A DNA stretch of 64,000 nt. Origin: Patescibacteria group bacterium (GTDB taxonomy: Bacteria; Patescibacteriota; Microgenomatia; 2-02-FULL-39-11). Each line of letters begins with the position of its first letter. Positions within the stretch are counted from its first letter, which is position 1. The stretch covers positions 167,802 through 231,801 of the forward strand of contig JAMCUI010000009.1 in NCBI GenBank assembly GCA_023379265.1, in the 5' to 3' direction. Below are positions 57,208-64,000 of the stretch, piece by piece. The translations under genes and the position numbers were made by a program. The notes under the pieces were generated by a model, which saw only the letters and a program-made list of their open reading frames with translations, searched no databases and was not told the origin of the DNA.

Positions 57208-58203
57208 ATGCTGCCCAAAATTAAAATAGGTTATTTTCTACTCGGTGCCTTTCTCGGTTTACTTACGCTTTTTAACCAGGTAAAAACCGCAAGCGCGCAA
57301 TATTTCTGGCCCAGTTCCGTCTCTTCTTTTGCGCCACAAGATTATTATTTTAGTTATCTCAGGTCCTATCCTTTTCCCACTTTTTCGCCATTACCGACTC
57401 TTCGGGCGCTGCCTACACTTCTTCCTCTTCCTACTCTAGGAGCTCTTCCGCCGTTGCGCAGTACTACACCGACGCTTACTCCAACCAATACTCCCGAGCC
57501 GACAATTACTCCATCGACAACGCCATCCGAAACTCCGGAACCGACTTTAACTCCATTGCCAACTGAGACTTCCCAACCGACAATAACCCCATCTGTCACT
57601 CCGACTCCGACAGTGACGCCATCTACTACACCGACAGCTACAGCGACACCTTCACTGACTCCATCTCCGACTCCCACGCCGACGGTGACAAAAGAAGCAC
57701 AACCGGGAGACGTGGTCATAAATGAGATAATGTGGGCCGGCAGCAGTAGTAGCAGTGCTGATGAGTGGGTGGAGCTGAAAAATACCACCACACATGGCAT
57801 AGAGTTGAGCGGTTGGACAGTGGAAAATCTGGGGAATTCCACTATTCTTGATGCAATTTTGCCGGAGAGCACCATATCGGCTCAGGGTTATTTTCTCATC
57901 TCACATTGGAGGAAAGATAATTCGGTACTAAATATCGATCCAGATTTTACTTTTCCGTCTATGAATCTTTCCAATGGCGGGGAACAATTAGTGCTGAAAG
58001 ATACAAAAGATACGGTAATTGACGCTGCCAACGATACAAATAGTTGGTTTGAAGGAGACTCGGTAAACCCGAAAAAATCCATGTCACGGACAGATCCACC
58101 GGGAGACGGGACACTCTTTGAAAACTGGTTTACATCAACCGGTTCGGCAAATCTTGACTCTGAAGCAATTGAACAGGCTACTCCCAAATCCGCGAATTAT
58201 TAA
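57208..58203 (+). CDS. secreted lamin-tail-domain (LTD) protein with PT-rich linker
   Basis: Sec signal. The C-terminal VVINEIMWAGSSSSSADEWVELKNTTTHGIELSGWTV matches the LTD pattern VINEvm...EWIELyN...LsGW. Confidence 0.6.
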   Translation: MLPKIKIGYFLLGAFLGLLTLFNQVKTASAQYFWPSSVSSFAPQDYYFSYLRSYPFPTFSPLPTLRALPTLLPLPTLGALPPLRSTTPTLTPTNTPEPTITPSTTPSETPEPTLTPLPTETSQPTITPSVTPTPTVTPSTTPTATATPSLTPSPTPTPTVTKEAQPGDVVINEIMWAGSSSSSADEWVELKNTTTHGIELSGWTVENLGNSTILDAILPESTISAQGYFLISHWRKDNSVLNIDPDFTFPSMNLSNGGEQLVLKDTKDTVIDAANDTNSWFEGDSVNPKKSMSRTDPPGDGTLFENWFTSTGSANLDSEAIEQATPKSANY

Positions 58204-58240
58204 ATCGCATTCTTTGCTTGTCCTGCCAGTAAAACCGCCA

Positions 58241-58385
58241 GTAATGTAAATTCCATAACCAGCAAGGTTGGAAAATTTTGTTGGTGTGTTGACCAAAAAG
58301 TAATATTTGTATTTCACTTATCGCATTTCAGCCAAAAAGCTGGAATAAGCGTCCTATATGCGATCTTAGGGAATTTACACATACT
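58241..58385 (+). repeat. copy B of the recurrent intergenic element (gtaatgtaaattcc ... GGAaTAAGcGTcCTATATGCGATCTT ... ggaatttaca)
   Basis: The 10-bp terminal inverted arms tgtaaattcc/ggaatttaca compensate for the arms of copy A tgtaaattt/aaatttaca. Confidence 0.4.
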
Positions 58386-58491
58386 TTGCAGTTTTATATG
58401 TAAGTTTTTAGTGATTACAAACCACCGACTACCCATGACAAACTAATCTTTGTCTTGAACTGAAGGTAAAATTCTGCAAAAATGGTAATTA

Positions 58492-59397
58492 ATGCTGAAA
58501 AAATTCAGACAAATTGTCCATCATTATTTTATCCCTCATGAGAGCAACAATTTCCGGGCACGGCTCCTCCATCATAGGGTGATTGTCTACTACATCATGC
58601 TCCTTATCGTATTTCAGATGTTTATCGGTATGGCGGGAGGAAGCGGTGGTAATGTCCTGGGGTATGCAACAGATATAAATATTGACCGGGTACTCTACTA
58701 TGTCAACCAGGAGCGTACCAGCCGGGGACTTTCATCCCTGAAACTGAGTTCTGAATTGAATGCAGCTGCGACACAAAAAGCAACAGACATGTTTGACAAA
58801 AATTATTGGGCCCATATTTCTCCTACGGGGACAACTCCTTGGACTTTTATTACAGCCTCAGGTTACCATTATGTCTATGCAGGTGAAAACTTGGCTAAGG
58901 ATTTTAATACCTCCAAGGAAGTGGTGGATGCATGGATGAATTCTCCCTCACACAGAGAAAATATTCTAAAGCCCGAATATACTGATATCGGTATTGCCGT
59001 CATGAATGGCAGGCTTACAGGTGAGGATACTACTCTTGTGGTTGAGGAGTTTGGTTCCCAATCCCAGCCACAGACAGATAATGTTGCCTCAAATAATCCT
59101 TTGCCTGAACCGACAGCTACTCCAACAATCCAACCGGTAGCCTCAGCACAAACCAAACCGGAGAATCCACCGCCAGCAAGTGTTGCCAGCAACAAACCTT
59201 TGATCCTTTCTGCCTCTGTCTCCAAATCAGTGTCACTTGTTTTGGCAGAGATTCTTCTGATCGTACTTTTCCTGGATAGCCTTTATATGTGGAAATTTAA
59301 GCCAGCCAGGATTTCAGGTCATAGTCTAGCTCACATAATATTTCTGGCAGCTCTTATTGGAGCAATGGGTGCCACAGGTATCGGAGTTATTTTATAA
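58492..59397 (+). CDS. CAP/SCP (YkwD-like) domain protein with N- and C-terminal TM segments
   Basis: GENLAKDF...VVDAWMNSPSHRENILKPEYTDIGIAV CAP signature. Confidence 0.7.
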   Translation: MLKKFRQIVHHYFIPHESNNFRARLLHHRVIVYYIMLLIVFQMFIGMAGGSGGNVLGYATDINIDRVLYYVNQERTSRGLSSLKLSSELNAAATQKATDMFDKNYWAHISPTGTTPWTFITASGYHYVYAGENLAKDFNTSKEVVDAWMNSPSHRENILKPEYTDIGIAVMNGRLTGEDTTLVVEEFGSQSQPQTDNVASNNPLPEPTATPTIQPVASAQTKPENPPPASVASNKPLILSASVSKSVSLVLAEILLIVLFLDSLYMWKFKPARISGHSLAHIIFLAALIGAMGATGIGVIL

Positions 59398-59414
59398 TTA
59401 ACGGGAGTATTTTT

Positions 59415-59678
59415 ATGAAAAACGCAAACGCACGTGTACATGTGATGCACTATATGATTTTGATTTTTATTCTGGTCATAGGCCTTTTGACTTTTTCCTT
59501 TTTTGCCGGGTATCCAGACCGCCAGTTTTTGGTTGCCATAGGCACAAGTATTTCTTACTTTATATGGGGGATCATACATCACCAGGCTGAAGGTGACCTG
59601 CATCCCAAAATTATGGTAGAATATCTACTCATCTCGCTATTGGCAATAATATTACTGAGAGGCGCGATTTATCATTAG
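59415..59678 (+). CDS. small hypothetical membrane protein (3 TM)
   Basis: Hydrophobic 87-aa ORF. No motif. Confidence 0.3.
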   Translation: MKNANARVHVMHYMILIFILVIGLLTFSFFAGYPDRQFLVAIGTSISYFIWGIIHHQAEGDLHPKIMVEYLLISLLAIILLRGAIYH

Positions 59679-59753
59679 CTCCCTGTTCTACGAATTTGAT
59701 AACAGAATCAGTTTTGAGAAATGGATAAAAATTAAAGAAATAATGTACTAATT

Positions 59754-60497
59754 ATGAAAGGTGTAGTATTAGCGGGTGGTTTAGGAACAAGGCTTTATCC
59801 TCTGACGTTTGCAACCAACAAACATCTTTTGCCGGTCTATGACCAGCCGATGGTTTTTTATCCCATAAGGACTTTGGTTGAAGCGGGTATCTCCGAAATA
59901 ATCCTTGTCACGAGCGGTCCTCACTCAGGTGATTTTATAAGCGTCCTGAAAAACGGGAAAGAGTTGGGAGTAAGACATCTGGAATACGCTTATCAGGAAA
60001 GGCCGGATGGGGGAATAGCCGACGCTCTGCTTCTTGCAGAAGATTTTGCCGCCAACGGCAATATTACTGTAATTCTTGGGGATAATACGACTGATGCCAA
60101 CATAAAGAAAGATGTGGACTCATTTAAGGAAGGTGCGCTCATCTTTCTTAAGAAAGTCGGGGATAAGAAGGAACTGGGACGTTTTGGAGTTCCCGTCTTT
60201 GATACCAAAGACGCCGGTAAAATTGCCGCAATTGAAGAAAAGCCCAAAGAACCCAAAAGCAATTATGTCATCCCCGGAGTCTATATATATGATAATAATG
60301 TATTTGATTATATTAGGGACTGTAAACCATCATGGAGAAATGAACTGGAGATTTCCGACGTAAATAACCAGTATATAAAACGGTCGACTTTAAGATGGGC
60401 AGAACTAGACGGTTTTTGGTCGGATGCAGGGACTTTTGATACTTTATACCAGGCAAATAAATATTGGGCTGAGAAAGGGAGAGCAAATGAAAAATAA
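59754..60497 (+). CDS. rfbA: glucose-1-phosphate thymidylyltransferase-like sugar nucleotidyltransferase
   Basis: MKGVVLAGGLGTRLYPLT...KHLLPVYDQPM N-terminus typical of RmlA. Short form, 247 aa. Confidence 0.75.
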   Translation: MKGVVLAGGLGTRLYPLTFATNKHLLPVYDQPMVFYPIRTLVEAGISEIILVTSGPHSGDFISVLKNGKELGVRHLEYAYQERPDGGIADALLLAEDFAANGNITVILGDNTTDANIKKDVDSFKEGALIFLKKVGDKKELGRFGVPVFDTKDAGKIAAIEEKPKEPKSNYVIPGVYIYDNNVFDYIRDCKPSWRNELEISDVNNQYIKRSTLRWAELDGFWSDAGTFDTLYQANKYWAEKGRANEK

Positions 60498-60948
60498 AAA
60501 AATGATTGAAGGGGTAGTAATAAAGAAACTGGTAAGACACCGTGATGAAAGAGGTTATTTTGAGGAATTGATACGGGTGACCGACGATATGTTTGCCGAA
60601 GGATTCGGTCAGTTGTCCCATTCCTACATGCACAAAGGGGTAGTGAAAGCCTGGCATATACATAAAACCCAGGTTGACTGGTGGTACGTGGCCAAAGGCA
60701 CTTTACATGTCGGCCTTTATGATAAGAGGGAAGGATCTCCGACATTTGGAGTACTAAATGAATTCATTCTTGGCGAAAAAGGGGAAAATGTTGTCTTAAA
60801 GATACCGCCAGGAGTAGCACATGGATGCAAGGTAATTTCTCCAGACTCAGAACTTTTTTATGCCACATCGGGTACGTACAGTCTTGATGAGGAGGGAAGG
60901 ATACCGGAGGATGACAGAATAATCGGCTTTGACTGGAAAAAGATTTAA
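60487..60948 (+). CDS. rfbC: dTDP-4-dehydrorhamnose 3,5-epimerase-like cupin
   Basis: VRHRDERGYFEEL (RmlC DERGFF block). Start set at the internal ATG after GGGAGAG, overlapping rfbA by 11 bp. Confidence 0.65.
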   Translation: MKNKKMIEGVVIKKLVRHRDERGYFEELIRVTDDMFAEGFGQLSHSYMHKGVVKAWHIHKTQVDWWYVAKGTLHVGLYDKREGSPTFGVLNEFILGEKGENVVLKIPPGVAHGCKVISPDSELFYATSGTYSLDEEGRIPEDDRIIGFDWKKI

Positions 60949-60982
60949 GCTCTCACTTTTATAAAATCAGCATAAATGATTT

Positions 60983-61996
60983 ATGACTATTTTGGTTACA
61001 GGTGGATCCGGTTTTATAGGTAGCAACTTTATACTTTATTGGATGAAAAAATACCCGGCTGATGAAGTCATAAACCTTGATAAGCTGACTTATGCCGGAA
61101 ACCCGGAAAACCTCAAAAGTGTCGAAAATGAGAAAAATTACAAATTCGTCAGGGGGGATATTTGCAATAGGGAATTGGTTGATAAACTGATGAAGGATGC
61201 GGATATTGTCTGTCATTTTGCCGCAGAAAGCCATGTGGACCGGTCGATAAAAAAACCTTCGGCTTTTATGGAGACAAATATTATCGGTACCCATGTACTT
61301 TTGGAGTCGGCCCTGAAAAATAAAGTCAAAAAATTCCACCATATCTCTACTGATGAAGTTTTCGGTTCGCTGGAGTTGGATGATAAAAGTAAATTTAGCG
61401 AAGAGACTGCATACAATCCCAGAAGTCCCTATGCAGCCAGCAAAGCAGCTTCAGACCATCTAGTACGGACATATTTTCATACATACGGTTTGCCTATCAC
61501 TATCACTAATTGTTCCAATAATTTCGGCCCTTTCCAGTATCCCGAGAAACTTATTCCTCTTGTAGTGACAAACCTTCTTGAAGGAAAGAAGGTTCCGGTA
61601 TACGGGGATGGGCAAAATATTCGCGATTGGTTGTATGTGGAAGACCATTGCAAAGCTATTGATTTGGTGCTGCATGAAGGCCAAATCGGAGAGACTTATT
61701 GCGTGGGAGGTCTGACTTGCGATATGTCAAATTTGGGAATTGTCAAGAAAATTCTTAGGATATTGGGTAAAGACGAAAGTTTTATCACTTTTGTGAAAGA
61801 CCGTCCTGGACACGACAGGAAATATGCAGTGGATTGGTCTAAAATTAAAAACGAACTGGGTTGGGAGCCTGTGGCTGATTTTGATATCCTTTTGGAGAAA
61901 ACTGTCAACTGGTACCAAAAAAATGAAGATTGGTGGAAAAGATTGAAGTCTGAGACATTTCAGAAATATTATAAAGAGCAGTATAGCGATATATAA
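60983..61996 (+). CDS. rfbB: dTDP-glucose 4,6-dehydratase
   Basis: ILVTGGSGFIGSNF Rossmann, YAASKAASDHL (YxxxK), and C-terminal DRPGHDRKYAVD. 337 aa. Confidence 0.9.
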   Translation: MTILVTGGSGFIGSNFILYWMKKYPADEVINLDKLTYAGNPENLKSVENEKNYKFVRGDICNRELVDKLMKDADIVCHFAAESHVDRSIKKPSAFMETNIIGTHVLLESALKNKVKKFHHISTDEVFGSLELDDKSKFSEETAYNPRSPYAASKAASDHLVRTYFHTYGLPITITNCSNNFGPFQYPEKLIPLVVTNLLEGKKVPVYGDGQNIRDWLYVEDHCKAIDLVLHEGQIGETYCVGGLTCDMSNLGIVKKILRILGKDESFITFVKDRPGHDRKYAVDWSKIKNELGWEPVADFDILLEKTVNWYQKNEDWWKRLKSETFQKYYKEQYSDI

Positions 61997-62001
61997 AAAT
62001 T

Positions 62002-62877
62002 ATGAAAATTCCTATTTTGGGTACGGGACTGTCAGGATTGGTAGGGACTCGAGTTATGGAGCTTTTGGAATATAAATACGATTTTACCGATTTGAGCTTC
62101 AAGACTGGTGTCGATATTACCGATTACGACCAAGTTTTTAATGTCTGTGACGGCTCAGCAGCAAAAACTATACTTCACATGGCTGCAAAAACAGATGTAG
62201 ACGGGTGTGAGGATGATAAAATGCTTGGAGAAGACGGTCCGGCGTACATGGTAAATGTGGAGGGGACAAAAAACATTGTCAATACCGCCAAAAAATTAAA
62301 CCTCAGGGTAATTTATATATCGACTGATTTTGTTTTTGACGGAACAAAAGATTTTTACACGGAAGAAGATGAACCCAATCCCGTCAACTGGTATGGATAT
62401 ACCAAACGTGAAGGGGAAATGACTGTGGTTGGCGCAGATATATCCCATGCGGTAGTCAGGCTGTCTTATCCATATAGGTCTTCTTTTGACGAAAGGACTG
62501 ATTTTGTCCGCCGGATTATGGAAAAGATGGCAAAAGGCGAAAAACTTCTTTCTCTTACTGATCATATTTTCACACCCACTTTTATCGATGATATTGCAGG
62601 GGCGTTGGATATGCTCATTGAAAGGGAATTTCAAAGTATTTTTCATGTAGTGGGCAGTCAAAACCTTACTCCTTATGAAGCCACCGGTATGATTGCGAAA
62701 ACTTTCAATTTGAAAGGAAAATACGAAAAAGTAACGCGACAGGCATATTTTGCTGGTAGGGCATTTCGTCCTTGTCGGCTGGCTTTGAAAAATGATAAAA
62801 TAACCAAATTAGGTGCTAAAATGCGCAGGTTTGACGAAGGTTTGATGGAAATGAAAAAGCAATTAGCATTGCTGTAA
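62002..62877 (+). CDS. rfbD: dTDP-4-dehydrorhamnose reductase-like SDR
   Basis: ILGTGLSGLVG Rossmann, YGYTKREGE (YxxxK), 291 aa, last gene of the rml cluster. Confidence 0.7.
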   Translation: MKIPILGTGLSGLVGTRVMELLEYKYDFTDLSFKTGVDITDYDQVFNVCDGSAAKTILHMAAKTDVDGCEDDKMLGEDGPAYMVNVEGTKNIVNTAKKLNLRVIYISTDFVFDGTKDFYTEEDEPNPVNWYGYTKREGEMTVVGADISHAVVRLSYPYRSSFDERTDFVRRIMEKMAKGEKLLSLTDHIFTPTFIDDIAGALDMLIEREFQSIFHVVGSQNLTPYEATGMIAKTFNLKGKYEKVTRQAYFAGRAFRPCRLALKNDKITKLGAKMRRFDEGLMEMKKQLALL

Positions 62878-62994
62878 ACAAAACAGTTCTCTTCTTTTTA
62901 CAGAAATGACAACTTTCGCTCATAGTTGACCTTATGTCAGAGAAACCTCTGAAAAATCAAAAGATGGTATCTCTTTAGATAAACCTAGAAAAAT

Positions 62995-64000
62995 ATGAGA
63001 ATTGCAGTTATAGGACATGGTTATGTGGGATTAGTTTCAGCGGCGGTCTTTGCCGATCTGGGCAATAATGTATGGGTAGTAGGTCGGACAAAAGAAAAAA
63101 TTGAGAAGCTGAAAAAGGGTATTATGCCTTTTTTTGAGCCGGGGCTTGCTGAGATGGTCAAGCGCAATATTGCCGCGGGTAGACTACATTTTACCCTAGA
63201 ATATAAGGAAGCAGTTCCCTCCTCAAAGATAGTTTTTATCTGTGTTGGTACGCCACCCAAGACAAATGGCGAAGCGGATCTCTCAAGCGTCTTTGCAGCT
63301 TCTCGTGAAATTGCCAAAAGCCTAGGCGGTTATACCGTGGTTGTCACTAAAAGCACTGTACCTGTGGGAACCAACAGAGAAGTAGCCAAAATTCTGGAAA
63401 AGTTTGCCCCCCAAAAATCCAATTATGACATTGCATCGTGTCCTGAATTTTTGCGTGAAGGGACAGCCTTGCAGGATACGCTTAACCCGGATAGGATAGT
63501 GATTGGTGCAGACAGCAGAAAAGCCAAAGATTTACTTCTGGATCTCCATAAACCAATAGATGGAGAAAGAATCGTGAATTCTATTGAATCTGCCGAGATG
63601 ATCAAATACGCTTCAAATTCGCTCCTTTCAACTAAAATTTCATTTGCCAATGCAATGGCCTTTATCTGTGATCATGTAGGGGCGGATGTGGAAGTAGTCC
63701 TGACGGGTGTGGGATTAGATAAAAGACTGGGAAGGAGTTTTCTTTACCCAGGAGTGGGTTTCGGTGGAAGCTGTTTTCCAAAAGATGTGAAGGCGCTTAT
63801 TGCCATTTCCCAGAATAAAGGTTATGATTTTGAGCTTCTGAGGGCAGTGTATAAAGTAAACCAAGAAGCAAAAAAAAGGTTTATTGAAAAAGTGATAAAG
63901 ACCCTGAAGGGAGTAAAAGGTAAGACTATTGCGGTATTGGGTTTAGCTTTCAAGCCAAATACTGATGATATGAGGGAAGCTCCCTCAATTGACGTCATAA
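62995..64000 (+). CDS. ugd: UDP-glucose/GDP-mannose 6-dehydrogenase (3' partial, runs off the window)
   Basis: MRIAVIGHGYVGLVSAAVFADLG Rossmann, catalytic GFGGSCFPKD, and the typical KEAPSID near the window end. Not in the ORF track because it has no stop. Confidence 0.8.
   Translation, partial: MRIAVIGHGYVGLVSAAVFADLGNNVWVVGRTKEKIEKLKKGIMPFFEPGLAEMVKRNIAAGRLHFTLEYKEAVPSSKIVFICVGTPPKTNGEADLSSVFAASREIAKSLGGYTVVVTKSTVPVGTNREVAKILEKFAPQKSNYDIASCPEFLREGTALQDTLNPDRIVIGADSRKAKDLLLDLHKPIDGERIVNSIESAEMIKYASNSLLSTKISFANAMAFICDHVGADVEVVLTGVGLDKRLGRSFLYPGVGFGGSCFPKDVKALIAISQNKGYDFELLRAVYKVNQEAKKRFIEKVIKTLKGVKGKTIAVLGLAFKPNTDDMREAPSIDVI

Noticed and set aside
56867-57875. Antisense ORFs (56867..57103 minus, 57366..57875 minus) that are Gly/Val-rich
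   Set aside because: They are the reverse frames of the Pro/Thr codon repeats in the plus-strand secreted proteins and are low-complexity artefacts.

Overview
The window is an AT-rich bacterial chromosomal segment (GC roughly 35-40% judged by eye, not computed), with compact genes that often overlap. The gene content suggests an uncultivated small-genome lineage of the CPR/Patescibacteria type using the standard genetic code. Pointers to this are a short TsaB, many GT-C/GT2/GT4 envelope glycosylation genes, a SipW/TasA-like locus, and an RF2 gene with no programmed frameshift.

Housekeeping backbone:
- two tandem greA paralogs with a minus-strand tRNA-Glu between them
- lysS carrying a C-terminal PheT-type B3/4 domain
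- an HD hydrolase and secA
- a complete F1Fo ATP synthase operon whose b subunit has a delta-like tail and no separate atpH
- an Nramp transporter, prfB, ftsE/ftsX plus an M23 peptidase, tsaE/tsaC/tsaB, and a subtilase
- rmlA/C/B/D plus a partial ugd at the right edge

Accessory content:
- a beta-class DNA methyltransferase at the left edge
- a minus-strand MFS / Cys-Met-type PLP enzyme / ATP-grasp operon
- a DUF11 surface protein with a perfect sigma70 promoter
- a ~0.9 kb GC-rich island carrying one membrane-protein gene with a perfect 42-bp tandem duplication
- a ~16 kb lipid-linked glycosylation locus (two GT2+GT-C pairs, YfhO, a 1289-aa YfhO-like giant, two GT4, a histidine phosphatase, a PAP2 phosphatase, and an extended signal peptidase I)
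- a SipW signal peptidase with two cognate TasA-like substrates and a lamin-tail-domain protein

The most interesting feature is a hidden 58-codon minus-strand gene for a LysW-like zinc-ribbon amino-group carrier protein. It sits between a MurD-like ligase and a ThrC-like PLP enzyme plus ATP-grasp ligase, with no canonical LysXZYJK set. This is a candidate undescribed carrier-protein-tethered pathway.

Other notable points are a circularly permuted M23 domain in the FtsEX-linked peptidase and a recurrent intergenic sequence motif present in three copies.
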